A DNA stretch of 64,000 bases. It comes from an uncultured Acidobacteriaceae bacterium (lineage in GTDB: Bacteria; Acidobacteriota; Terriglobia; Terriglobales; Acidobacteriaceae). A program made the position numbers and the translations under genes. Each line of letters opens with the position of its first letter. Position 1 is the stretch's first letter. The notes below the pieces were generated by a model. That model did not search any database. It was not told the DNA's origin and was given only the letters and a program-made list of their open reading frames with translations. The stretch is taken from the NCBI GenBank assembly GCA_963724755.1, contig CAVRVZ010000014.1:285255-349254 (forward strand), read 5' to 3'. Shown here in pieces: positions 1 to 12,904 of the stretch.

Positions 1-231
1 CAAGATATCCAGGTGTTTCTTGACCGATTTTGGGGAAGATAGCTCGCCGATGAACTGATACTCGAATGCCCGTGCTCTGCGAACCGATGCGCCGCTGACC
101 CGGATACTCTTCGATGAAACTCGCCCGGGCCGAGTACCTTTAATTAGGCTTGAACTTCCATCACATTTCTGCATGTGGGATTGAATCTTGAGAGGAGTGA
201 TATCACACCCGCATTTTGGACAGACTTCCAT
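1..231 (-). CDS. Partial hypothetical protein with N-terminal C2HC zinc finger (runs off window edge)
   Basis: Manual translation from ATG at 231 (AAGGTG upstream): MEVCPKCGCDITPLKIQSHMQKCDGSS..., open to position 1; C-x2-C-x11-H-x3-C spacing. Confidence 0.55.
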   Translation of the reverse strand, partial: MEVCPKCGCDITPLKIQSHMQKCDGSSSLIKGTRPGRVSSKSIRVSGASVRRARAFEYQFIGELSSPKSVKKHLDIL

Positions 232-348
232 ATAGATCACCTTTTAAGGTTCGGATCGCAAAAATTGAGTATACGTGACCATGTAGTCTTATTGCCGATT
301 ACTCTGAAGCTACGGACGGCGCGTCACGTCGTGCATAATCAAAATACG

Positions 349-3211
349 ATGGCTCTTTTGTGGAATCCGGAAAGCTGGGCGCTGCGGCTCAAGGAGCTGG
401 AGGCGCAGGCTGGCGATTTGAAGGAGGCTCCGCTGCGGCGCGATGTGCGGTCGCTGGGGACGCTGCTGGGCGAGGTGCTGCGCGAGCAGGCGGGCGATGA
501 GCTGTTTGCCGAGGTGGAGGCGCTGCGGCAGGGGACCATCCGGCGGCGCGATGCTGAGGCTCGCGGCGACGAGAAAGAGGCTACGCGGCTGGCTATCGGC
601 TCGCTGGAGCTGGTGCACCGGCTGCCGGTGGAGCAGGCTATTCTGCTGACCCGCGCCTTTGCTTTTTATTTTGAGCTGATCAACCTGGCGGAGACCAACC
701 ATCGCAAGCGGCGGCGGCTGGCGCTGCAACTGAGCGGGGAGGCTGGGCGGCAGCGCGGGTCGCTGGCTGGTACGCTGAGCGAGATGAGGCGCGTGGGCAT
801 CAGCGCGGAAGAAGCTCTGGACTGGCTGCGGCGGGTGCTGGTGGTGCCGGTTTTTACCGCGCATCCGACGGAGGCGGCGCGGCGGACGGTGATGTTCAAG
901 CGGCGGCGGATTGGGGAATTTCTGGCGGCGCTGGACCGCATTCCGGTGCCCGAGCAGGAGATGGCGCGGCTGGAGCAACTGGTGCTGGCGGAGATTACCG
1001 GCCTGTGGCAGACCGACGAGGTGCGCTCGCGGCGGCCCAGCGTTTATGACGAGATCAAGATGGGGCTGGACTATTATGACGTCTCGATTTTTGAGACGCT
1101 GCCCAGCCTTTATCGCGAGATCTCCGAGGCGCTGCGTGCGGCTTACGGGCTGGAGATTGAGGCGCTGGCGCTGCCGCAGGTGCTCTGCTTTGGATCGTGG
1201 ATCGGCGGCGACCGCGACGGCAATCCTTTTGTGACGCCGCAGGTGACGCGCGATGCGGTTCAACTGGCGCGGGGGCATCTGCTGCTCTACTACCGGCGGC
1301 AGCTGGACTATATTACCGACCTGCTGACCACAAGCGCGCAGCAGACGGCGGTGAGCGATGAGCTGCTGGCGCGGCTGAAGGCTTATGTTGCGCAGGTGCA
1401 CACGCCGGAGGCGCAGGTGTTTGGCGCGCAGTATGAGTTTGAGTATTATCGGCGGTTCATCATCTGCCTGAAGGCGCGGGTGCAGCGGACGCTTGAATAT
1501 ATGGAGCATCCCAGCCACGCCGGGCGTTGCGCTGCCGATTACTTCTTACACGCTGAGCGCAGGGGCAGGACAAAGCTGGCGCAGGTGCTGCCCGCTTACT
1601 GCTCGGTGGAGGAGTTCATTGCCGATCTGGAGACGCTGCGCGCGTCGCTGGCCGCGAATCGCGGACTGCGCATTGCGCGCACGCTGATCGATCCGCTGAT
1701 TTTGCAGGTGCGGACGTTTGGACTGCATCTGCACACGCTCGATATCCGGCAGCACGCGCGGGTGCATGCGGCGGCTTTGCAGGAGGCGATTGCCGACTCC
1801 AGCGGGCCAGCGCTTTATGGAGAGCTCTCCGAAGCAGACGGCCTCGGTGCTGGAGACCTTCCGCGTGGTGGCGGAGGTGAAGAGCGGCTGCTCGCCGGAG
1901 GCGATTCGCCAGTACGTGATCAGCGGCGCTTCGTCGGTGGACGATGTGCTGGCGGTGGTGCGGCTGGCGCGGCTGGGCGGCGTGAAGGTGGAGGGATCGG
2001 GCAACGGGCCGGGAGAGGATCCGGGGCTGATGCCGGTGCCGCTGTTTGAATCGATTGAAGATTTGCGCCGGGCGCCGGAGATTTGCCGCGAGCTCTGGAG
2101 CCGGGCCGACTATCGCAAGCTGATCGCCACCTGGGACGACTGGCAGGAGGTGATGCTGGGCTATTCGGATTCCAATAAAGACGGCGGCATGCTGACCAGC
2201 ACCTGGGAGATCTTCCGCGCGCATCGCGATCTGCATGTGGCGGCGCGCGAGGCGCGGGTCAAGCTGCGCATCTTTCACGGGCGCGGAGGCACGGTGGGGC
2301 GCGGCGGCGGACCGACGCATCGCGCCATCTTTGCCCAGCCGATGGACTCGTTTGACGGCCAGTTGCGCATCACCGAACAGGGCGAGGTGCTCAACTTCAA
2401 ATATGCCGACGAGGTGCTGGCCGAGCGCAATCTGGAGCTAATGATCGCCGCCTCGCTGGACGCGCTGGCGCGGCCGAATGCGCGCGACCCCGAGGGACAC
2501 TTTACCGGGATTCTCAAGCCGGAGTGGGAGGCTGCGCTCAATGCGCTTTCGGAGCTTTCCTATGGTTATTACCGCAAGCACATTCTCGACGATCCGGGCG
2601 TGGTGACTTACTTTGAGCAGTCCACGCCCGTGGGCGAACTGGAGCACGCCAAGATTGGCTCGCGGCCGGCGCGACGGAATGCGTCGCCTGCGCTCGGCGA
2701 TCTGCGCGCCATTCCCTGGGTCTTTGGCTGGACGCAGTCGCGGCTGATGGTGCCGGCGTGGTTCGGCGTGGGCTATGCAGTGGACGAATATCTTGCCCAG
2801 CCGGGCGCGCTGGAGTTGTTGCAAACCATGGCCCGCGAATTTCCGCTCTTCATTGACCTGGTGCGCAACGTGGAGATGGCGCTGGGCAAGGTGGATCTGG
2901 CTACCGCGCGGCTTTACTCTTCGCTGGTTGAGGACACGAAGCTTCGCGAGCGCGTCTACGATTTATTTGAAGCCGAGTTTCATCGCACGGTGCGCGCTGT
3001 TCTGGCCGTCACGCGGCAGACTGAGTTGCTGGAGACGAACCAGGTGCTGGCTCACTCCATCAAGCTGCGCAACCCTTACGTCGATCCGATGCACTTGATC
3101 CAGGTGGACATGCTGCGCCGCAAGCGGGCGGGCGAGAATACGCCGGAGGTCAATCGGGCGATTGCCGCGACCATCAGCGGGATTTCGGCGGGGCTGCGGA
3201 ATACTGGCTGA
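349..3211 (+). CDS. ppc: Phosphoenolpyruvate carboxylase (frameshifted, main break near 1830)
   Basis: Motifs VFTAHPTE, GSWIGGDRDGNP, QEVMLGYSDSNKDGG, FHGRGGTVGRGGGP, LRAIPWVF, C-terminal RNTG across ORFs 175..2049 and 1718..3211. Confidence 0.97.
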
Positions 3212-3436
3212 GTCGCTCAGCTATTTCTATATCTTTCACTTGCCATATCCCGCGCCTGCGGGTCTACTCTATTTCCATGCATCGATGTCGCTAACACCGT
3301 CCTGGTGACAGCTCCGATGCAGCCGTGCGCCTTGATGACGTGCGTTTTTCCCCTTGTGATTTCGAGCTTCACCATCCCCAACAAGACTTTCAAATGAAGC
3401 ACCTGGGATCAAATTCCCAGGAAAAAGGAGAACATT

Positions 3437-4410
3437 ATGGCGCGCATAGCCGCGGATGTAACTGAACTGATTGGCAAGACCCCGCTGGTGCGGTTGAATC
3501 GCATAGCGGCCGGGCTTGCCCGCTACCGTTGTAGCCAAGCTGGAAAGCCAGAACCCGGTCTCGAGCGTGAAAGACCGCATCGGCTTTGCAATGATCGAGG
3601 ACGCCGAAAGGAGGGGCAAGATCACGCCCGGCAAGACCGTGCTGATCGAAGCGACCAGCGGCAATACCGGCATTGCACTGGCCTTTGTGGCCGCAGCCAA
3701 GGGCTACCGGCTGATCCTCACCATGCCGGAGACCATGAGCCTGGAGCGCCGCGTGGTGCTGCTGGCCTTTGGCGCGGAGATTGTGCTCACCCCCGGCCCC
3801 AACGGCATGAAGGGCGCCATCGCCAAGGCCAACGAGATTCTGGCCAAGACGCCCAACGGCTATACTCGTGCAGCAGTTTGACAATCCCGCCAACCCGGCC
3901 ATCCACTACCATACGACCGGCCCGGAGATTTGGAACGATACCGACGGCAAGGTGGACATTCTCATCAGTGGCGTGGGCACCGGCGGCACCATTACCGGCG
4001 TGGCCAAGTACATCAAGGAGCGCAAGCCGGAGTTCAAGGCCATCGCCGTCGAGCCGACCGACAGCGCGGTGCTTTCCGGCGGCAAGCCCGGACCGCACAA
4101 GATTCAGGGACTCGGCGCGGGCTTTGTGCCCAGCATTCTCGACACCAAGCTTATCGACGAGGTGGTCCAGGTGACGAACGACGAGTCGATCGCCGCGGCG
4201 CGCGAATTGCCGCTGAAGGAAGGGCTGTTCGTCGGCATCAGCTCGGGAGCGGCGGTGGCCGCGGCGCTGAAGGTGGCCGCGCGGCCTGAAAATGCGGGCA
4301 AGCTGATCGTGGTGGTGCTGCCCGATTTCGGCGAGCGCTACCTGACCAGCATTCTCTTTGACTCGCTGCGCCAGCAGGCGCTGGCGCTGCCGGTGGAGGC
4401 GATTGCGTAA
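3437..4410 (+). CDS. cysK: Cysteine synthase A (two frameshifts)
   Basis: [52 protein letters not shown] across three frames; AAGGAG RBS. Confidence 0.96.
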
Positions 4411-4537
4411 AGGCAGGGACTAAGGGACTAGGGACTAAGGGACTGAAGATGACGTTCTGTTGCGGATCGTTGTTCTGTTTCTTATCTTCTGGTCCCTGGT
4501 CGCTCTGCCTTGCAATCTTTACTGTTACATTATGTCT

Positions 4538-5266
4538 ATGTTCGCCCGCATTCGCGAAGACATCAACTCCGTGCTGGAGCGCGATCCGGCCGCGCGCTCG
4601 CGGCTGGAGGTTTTGCTCTGCTATCCGGGGCTGTGGGCGGTATGGTTTCACCGCGTCTCGCACATGCTGTGGCGCGCAAAACTGCGCCTGCCGGCGCGCA
4701 TGCTCTCGCAGTTCGCCCGCTTTTTAACCGGAGTGGATATTCATCCCGGCGCGCTGCTGGGGCGGCGGCTGTTCATCGACCACGCCACGGGAGTGGTGAT
4801 CGGCGAAACCGCAATTGTGGCCAGCGACGTGACCATGTACCAGGGCGTGACCCTGGGCGGAACCGGCAAGGGCCACGGCAAGCGCCACCCCACGGTCTGC
4901 GACGGCGTTTTCATCGGCAACAACGCCAACGTGCTGGGCAACATCACCATCGGCGAGAACTCGCGCATCGGCGCCGGCTCGGTGGTGCTTGACGACGTGC
5001 CGCCCAACTCGACGGTCGTCGGCGTTCCGGCTCACATCGTTTATCACAACGGCGAGCGCGTGCTGATCACCGATCCGCACGACATCAAGGACCCGCTCTC
5101 CGACGCGCTCATCGCACTTTCGGCGCGCGTGGAAGAGCTGGAAAAGCGCCGCGGCGGCAAGCCGCGGCCCGCAGAACCCTTCGCCGCCGAAGAGGCCGAG
5201 CGCTCCGCCTACCGCAAGGAACTCGAGCGGCTGCGGCAGTATGTTTCGATGGGCGAAGGGATTTAG
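4538..5266 (+). CDS. cysE: Serine O-acetyltransferase
   Basis: [44 protein letters not shown] hexapeptide repeats; follows cysK. Confidence 0.96.
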   Translation: MFARIREDINSVLERDPAARSRLEVLLCYPGLWAVWFHRVSHMLWRAKLRLPARMLSQFARFLTGVDIHPGALLGRRLFIDHATGVVIGETAIVASDVTMYQGVTLGGTGKGHGKRHPTVCDGVFIGNNANVLGNITIGENSRIGAGSVVLDDVPPNSTVVGVPAHIVYHNGERVLITDPHDIKDPLSDALIALSARVEELEKRRGGKPRPAEPFAAEEAERSAYRKELERLRQYVSMGEGI

Positions 5267-5331
5267 CGCCTCGGACTTCGCTACCTCGCCGCGACGATTC
5301 TTATCACTCAAAAAAGGAAGGAGATTCCGCC

Positions 5332-6875
<1,544 letters not shown>

Positions 6876-6924
6876 TCAAAGAAATTGTTAGTGGACTGAA
6901 TCCGAGGGTTCAATTCGATGGATG

Positions 6925-7232
6925 GTCACCTTCAAAGACTTTTTTAGCCACAGCGATTGCCGACATGCGTTCGGCCAGCCGGAGTAGAAGGCCATGTGCG
7001 TAATCTCCACAATCTATCTTGCGTCAGGCCATTTTCGATGCCTCTCTTGGGCGGAAAGGAGCTGCTCTGACGCGCGAAGAGCTATCAAAGCGGTGATTGT
7101 GGCAAGACTGCGATCGCGTTTGAAAGCGCGCTTCTGGCCCAGATATCTCCAAACAGAACATCGTCTGTCAGGCTGACGCTTGGGAGAGAAACTGCCAATC
7201 GCTTTTTCGCAGGTCAAGGATTTGTTTCCCAT
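6925..7232 (-). pseudogene. Carboxymuconolactone decarboxylase (CMD/AhpD-like) family remnant
   Basis: Fragments LTDDVLFGDIW, KRDRSLATITALIAL, THMAFYSGWP recoverable only through many frameshifts and a stop within ~300 bp. Confidence 0.7.
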
Positions 7233-7240
7233 ACGGCTCC

Positions 7241-8299
7241 TTACTCAGATTTGAGCGAGGCCATGTCGATGGAGAAGCGGTACTTCACATCGGATTTGAC
7301 CAGGCGCTCGTAGGCTTCGTTGATTTTCTGGATGGGGATGACTTCGACGTCGGAGGTGATGTTGTGCTTGCCGCAGAAGTCGAGCATCTCCTGGGTTTCA
7401 GCCAGGCCGCCGATGGGCGAACCGGAGAAGCTGCGGCGTCCGCAAGATGAGGCCGAAGACGGAGACGGGCAGCGGCTTTTCCGGCGCGCCGACCATGGTG
7501 AGTTGCCGTCGCGGCGGAGCAGGTTGATGTAGGCGTTGATGTCGTGCTCGGCGGCGACGGCGTCGAGGATAAAGTCGAAGCTGCCGGCGTGTTTGGCCAT
7601 CTCGTTGGCGTCGGTGGAGAGGACGACTTCATCGGCGCCGAGGCGCAGGGCATCGTCTTTCTTTTTGGGTGAAGTGGTGAAGACGACGGTGTGGGCTCCG
7701 AAAGCGTGCGCGAACTTGACGCCCATGTGGCCGAGTCCGCCGAGACCGACGACGCCGACCTTCTTGCCTTTGGTCACGCCCCAGTGGCGCATGGGCGAGT
7801 AGGTGGTGATTCCGGCGCACAGCAGAGGCGCGGTTCCGGCAAGGTCGAGGTTCTTGGGAACGCTGAGGACGAAGTGCTCCTTGACGACGATGCTGTCAGA
7901 GTAGCCGCCGTAGGTGACGCCGCCTAAGTGCTTGTCAGGGAAGTTGTAGGTGAGGGTGAAGTTGGGGCAGAACTGCTCAAGGCCGGCCTTGCACTCCGGG
8001 CAGGTGCCGTCGGAATCGACCAGGCAGCCGACGGCGGCCAGGTCGCCGGGCTTGAACTTCTTGACGCCGGAGCCGACCTTGGTGACGCGGCCGACGATCT
8101 CATGGCCGGGGACGCAGGGATAGACGGTGGGCATCACGCCGCTCCACTCATTGCGGGCCTGGTGGAGATCGGAGTGGCAGATGCCGCAGAAGAGGATCTC
8201 GATCTGGACGTCGTCCGCGGTGGGATCGCGCCGCTCGATGGTGGTGGAAGCAAACGGCGATGTGGCGCTGGAAACGGAATAGGCTTTTGCTTTGTACAT
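7241..8299 (-). CDS. Zn-dependent NAD(P) alcohol dehydrogenase (CAD/YahK type; local compensating frameshifts)
   Basis: CGICHSD, GHEIVG, PLLCAGITTYSP, GLGGLGHM, VKYRFSID. Confidence 0.93.
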   Translation of the reverse strand: MYKAKAYSVSSATSPFASTTIERRDPTADDVQIEILFCGICHSDLHQARNEWSGVMPTVYPCVPGHEIVGRVTKVGSGVKKFKPGDLAAVGCLVDSDGTCPECKAGLEQFCPNFTLTYNFPDKHLGGVTYGGYSDSIVVKEHFVLSVPKNLDLAGTAPLLCAGITTYSPMRHWGVTKGKKVGVVGLGGLGHMGVKFAHAFGAHTVVFTTSPKKKDDALRLGADEVVLSTDANEMAKHAGSFDFILDAVAAEHDINAYINLLRRDGNSPWSARRKSRCPSPSSASSCGRRSFSGSPIGGLAETQEMLDFCGKHNITSDVEVIPIQKINEAYERLVKSDVKYRFSIDMASLKSE

Positions 8300-8520
8300 A
8301 ACGAAACCTCCTCGGCAGATGGCGAAGAACTCGCTCGTTAATACAAGTATAAAAGTGTGCCCTTCGAGCGGTATCCTGATTCTGCGAATCTATTGCCTAA
8401 TTCTGCCGATGCATGCATTTTTGTGCACAGGATGAAGGCAGAGTCTTCTATCGCGACCAATGGCTTATCTGCCGGTGCTACAGTTGTTTCGATTGCATTT
8501 TCCTGCTGGGGGCTTGCTTC

Positions 8521-10692
8521 TTGCTGGGTATTCGTTCGTTGCTCGTGGCCGTTCTGGCTTTTTCTGCCGCCGCTTATGCCGCCTGCCAGGTTCAGGCTGC
8601 GCCGGTGCCGGCGGAGATGCGTTCCACTGCCTACACCGTTACCGTGAACGGCCGGCACGTGGACGTTGCGCATGCGGCGGCGAGTTATGAGTTCGTCAGC
8701 TTTGACGCGACCGGGCCCGTGAATGTGGCCATTACCGCGGCCGAGCCGGGCTTTTGGGATCACGGCGTCGATATTCAGCCCTGGCGGCTGGGACTGCGAC
8801 CGACCCGCCGGGGACAGACCATCCGCTTCCGGCTTCGCATCGCCGGCCAAGCTCTCCATCTCGCGTCCCGGCGACTTTCTGAACCACGCCCACATGCTTT
8901 TTGTTTTTGCCGGCTCGCCGCCGCCGCCTCTGCCGCGCGAGGCCGAAGATTCACGTCTGGCAGCCGGGCGTTTACCACGAGAGCCTGAATCCCAAGAGCG
9001 GCGAGACCTATTTATCTGGCTCCCGGCTCTTACTTTTTCGGCAGCCTGAACCTGTGGAATGTTGAGAACGTGAAGGTGCTGGGCCGGGGAACCATCGTCT
9101 ACGACGGACCGCAGGACCCGAACAGCGACGAAGGCTGGATGCAGAAGCCGGACTGGCACTGCATCGGCGCGTTCCAGGCCCATAACGTCGAGATCGACGG
9201 CCTCACCTGCATCGTCCGCTCGCGCACCTGGTCCATCCAGATGAAGGATTCCACCGGATTCGTATTCGACGACCTGCGCGTGATCGGCGGCAATCCCGGC
9301 AACGCCAACCAGGACGGCATGGACTGGCTGGGCGGCGGCAACACCATCGTCCGCAACGCCTTTATCCGCTCCTCGGACGATGTTTTCGCCTTGCAGGGCA
9401 ACTGGGACGGCTACACGCAGGACGACATGACCCGCCCCGGCCCCGACGTCGAGAACATCCTCATCGAGCACAGCGAGCTTTCGACCAGCATCTCCAACAT
9501 TGTGCGCGCCGGGTGGCCGCAAAAAATCTACAACTCCAAAAACTTTACTCTGCGCGACTCCGATATTCTCCACGCCGGCATCGGCGCCTGCGGCCAGGGC
9601 TTCAGTCTCTTCAGCTTCTGGGGCGCGGAGAACGCCAAAGGCATCCACTCCGGCTTTACCGTTGAGAATCTCTTCGTCGATAACTGGTATTCCCTGGTGC
9701 AGTTGGAGCAGGAGTACCCCGGCCTGAAGGACATCACCTTCCGCAATATATGGGCTCTCGATCAGCCGCCTCTGGGCGAGTCCACGATCACCGGCGACGT
9801 GGCCGACGTGACCTTTGACAATGTGAAGTACGGCCAGAGGCGAGTGGACACCGATGCCGATGTGCCGCTGGTGGTCTCCGGCGGGGCACAGCCGCCTCAC
9901 TTCACTCCCATCCACGATCCCGTTGCCGCGTTTATCGTGAACCCTCCGGTCTTTGCTCCAGGGCAAAGCGTTACTTTCACCGCCGATCCATCTCCCGGCG
10001 CGCGCTATACCTGGCTCTTTGGCGACGGAACGCAGGCCAGCGGCACGACGCGTGCGCATCGCTTTCCCGATGCCGAGGGCACTCAACTGGACGGTGCAAA
10101 CGGTGCCGGACGATTCAGGGTTCTGCTGCACGTGGAAGACAAAAAAGGCAACCAGGATTGGGCCGCGCAGGGAGTGGTGGCCGTTGCCAAATGGCACTTC
10201 TCCACGCATCCGATACGTCCCGACTGTTCCCGGGCTTACCTGGCAGATCTACCCTGGAGCGTGGACCGAGCTGCCGAATCTTGCTGCCGAGCACAGCGGT
10301 TTTCAGCGGCGAGTCGCCCGAATCTCCAGGCTGACCGCAGGGCTTTACTCGTTACGCTGCCGCCTGGGACGGACTGATCGATATTCCTGCCGACGGCGGC
10401 TACACCTTTCACCTGATGGCCCGCGACGGCGCGCGCCTGGTGATCGACGGCGTGGAAGTGGCCAAAACCGGACTCGCCCTTTGCCCAGGTCTGCGGCTCA
10501 CCCGGCAACGCCATGCGCTACGCCCGCGGCTCGCTGGGACTGCACGCCGGCCTGCACGTTTTTCATCTAGAGGGTCTGCACTCGGCCAGCCAGGGAGCGC
10601 CGCGACTGCTGTGGGAAGGCCCCGGCTTGACCCTCAAAGATGTTCCCCTGGCCGCCTATAGCCACCTGCGGCAGGATGGGGTAACGAAATGA
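8521..10692 (+). CDS. Secreted beta-helix (pectin lyase-like) glycosidase with PKD and PA14 domains (frameshifted)
   Basis: Signal peptide; NQDGMD and SSDDVF beta-helix motifs; YTWLFGDG (PKD); GGYTFHLMARDGARLVIDG (PA14); start codon uncertain. Confidence 0.7.
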
Positions 10693-10736
10693 GGATGCAA
10701 CTTTTGTGGGAGCGAGAGAGTAAAGGCAGCAAACTG

Positions 10737-10765
10737 AAAAAATGCCGCCCGATGGGCGGCATTTT
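10737..10765. terminator. Bidirectional intrinsic terminator
   Basis: aaaaaATGCCGCCC-gat-GGGCGGCATttt between convergent genes. Confidence 0.75.
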
Positions 10766-10788
10766 GCGATTTTGATTGTGGTGCGGCT

Positions 10789-11016
10789 TTAGACGCCTAC
10801 GCCAAATTCGGATTCGCTGGCGTTCGAGTAGTAATCGTAGGGGGTGCGCTTCTTGAACTTGTAGCGATTGCGCAATTCAGCGCCCACATAAATGCCCACC
10901 GCGGCCACGGCCATTCCTACGGAGAACCAAGTGATGACGCGCAGGGCTTTGGATCCGCTCTTCCCGTTTGACTGGGCCTCTTCTTCGGGGGTGAGGGTTT
11001 CGTATTCAGTGGACAT
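10789..11016 (-). CDS. Small single-pass membrane hypothetical protein (75 aa)
   Basis: AGGAGG RBS, one hydrophobic segment, terminator downstream. Confidence 0.75.
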   Translation of the reverse strand: MSTEYETLTPEEEAQSNGKSGSKALRVITWFSVGMAVAAVGIYVGAELRNRYKFKKRTPYDYYSNASESEFGVGV

Positions 11017-11098
11017 AGTGCAGCCTCCTACATCACCATGATACCGCAGTTTTCGTCGGCTCCGCTTGAGGATGCAATGGGCTGCACAGGATTTTTAT

Positions 11099-12131
11099 TT
11101 ACTCAGTAGTGTCGATTCGGGAGATCCACGCGGCTTTTTCCGGCTCGGGAAGAAAGCTGGCGCGGATGGAATTAGCCGCCAACTGGCGCAGTTCCGAGCG
11201 GGTAAATCCCTGGATTGTGTGGGCAAGCAGGTATTCGTTGGCCACATCGGAGCCGAAGAAGGCCGGGTCGTCGGAGTTGAGCGTCACCAGCAGGCCGGCA
11301 TCGAAGTAGCAGCGCAGCGGGTGCCAGGCAAAGGATAGGCAGACTCCGGTGCGGACGTTCGAAGTGGGGTTCAGCTCCAGCGGCACTTCTCGTGCTTTCA
11401 GCTCTTGGACGAGAGTTGAGTCCTGAAGAGCGGACAAGTGCATGCCCGATGCGCTCCGAGCCGATGGAGAGCGCCTCCCAAATGGCCTCGGGGCCGGTGG
11501 TCTCGCCGGCGTGGTTGGTGAGGCGAAGGCCGGCTTTCGCGGCTTGCGCATAAAGAGTGGCGAAAGGGCGCGGAGCCGGTCTGGCGCTCGTCGCCGCCCA
11601 GGCCGATGCCGATGATGGAGGGGTAGAGCGGGCGCAGTTCGGCGGCCTTCAGGAAGACCCGTTCGGCTTCCGCGACGGTAAAGTGGCGCACGGCGTCGAA
11701 GATCCAATAGAGCGAGAGGCCCAGTTCGCGCTGGCCGCGTTCGCGGGCACGCTCCAGCGCGGCAAAGATGGGCTCGAAGGCTGCGGGATCGTGATTGCGA
11801 CCACATATAAATCACGCCTACGAGGCGATAAGACTTCGGCGTGGACCACGCCCTGCTCGGCGAGATGCTCCATCATGCGCCAGGCGGCCAGCTCGTAATC
11901 TTCCGGGCTGAGCAGTTGCCGGCAGACGGCCTTGAAGGCATCCAGGAAGCCGGTGAAGTCAGTGAATTGATAGAGGGCTTCAGCCTCGGGCAGCGTGAGC
12001 GGGCGCGCATCATGGCGGGCGCTCAGCTCCACCAGCGTGGAGGGAAGGATGGTTCCTTCGAGGTGCAGATGCAACTCGGCTTTGGGGAGGCGGCGGATGA
12101 AGCCGGTCAGATCGCTTACGTCGGATTTCAT
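11099..12131 (-). CDS. add: Adenosine/adenine deaminase (frameshifted)
   Basis: LPKAELHLHLEG, GLGGDE, NHAGE, LELNPTSNV, TLNSDDPAFF. Confidence 0.92.
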
Positions 12132-12884
12132 GGTTTACCCTGCGCGGCGGGTTGCGCAGCCGGCGAGTTGCTTTGGATGGTAGTGGCGTGGTTGTTGACG
12201 TAGGTGATGGTCCACTGCTTGCCCGTCTGGTCGTAGGTTACGGTGCGGTCGCCCTCGGTTTGGCCGTCCGGTTGCAAGTTGCTGCCGATGGACATGCGGG
12301 TTTCAAGTTCGCTCATGCCGGGCTCGACCTGGTGCGCGTCGATGGCGGCCCATACTTCTTTGGGCCAGTTGTCGTAGATGGTGTGCGGATCGTCGTAATA
12401 GAAGAGAATATCGCAAAAATAGACTTCATTGTTGCCCTGAATGGCGCCGATGGGCGTGGCATAGAGAGTCGGAATTGCCGGGAAACGCGAAGACGGCGAA
12501 GACCTGGCGCGTGCCATGCGCCATGCGGTCATCTTCAGTGGGCGGCACGGCGGACTTGATGATTTTTTTAATATCGAGCCGCTGGGCGGCGGGAATAACG
12601 CCGTCGCGATGGAAGACGATCGCGCTGCCGCGCATGGGATAGTAGGGCATGGTGTAGCCGTTCTTCATCCACACGCTGGTGCCATCAAGGCTGAGGGTAT
12701 CTTCAAAGTGCTGCTGAAACATGGTGCGCACTATGGCCAGATCGTCTTCGCTCAGTTTCTGCTGGTAGGGATTCTGGGCAACTGTGCCGGGATCGCGGCG
12801 ATGCATCCAGACAAAGAAGAGATAAATGCCGCCGATGGCCAGCGTGATCAGCGTGGGAATAAGAATTTTTTGCCAGGTCTTCAT
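12128..12884 (-). CDS. Membrane-anchored hypothetical protein (frameshifted)
   Basis: MKTWQK plus TM segment; continues into DILFYYDDPHTIY frame; overlaps add start. Confidence 0.7.
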
Positions 12885-12904
12885 ACGTAATCCTGGATGA
12901 GGCA

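Noticed and set aside
4409-4450. CRISPR array (also considered for 45284-45394 and the 133-bp repeats)
   Set aside because: No repeat-spacer periodicity and no cas genes
8338-10209. Long antisense or alternate-frame ORFs (also 310..1518, 43456..44517, 49382..50956, 59746..60639)
   Set aside because: Shadows of real genes in GC-rich DNA with no recognisable motifs
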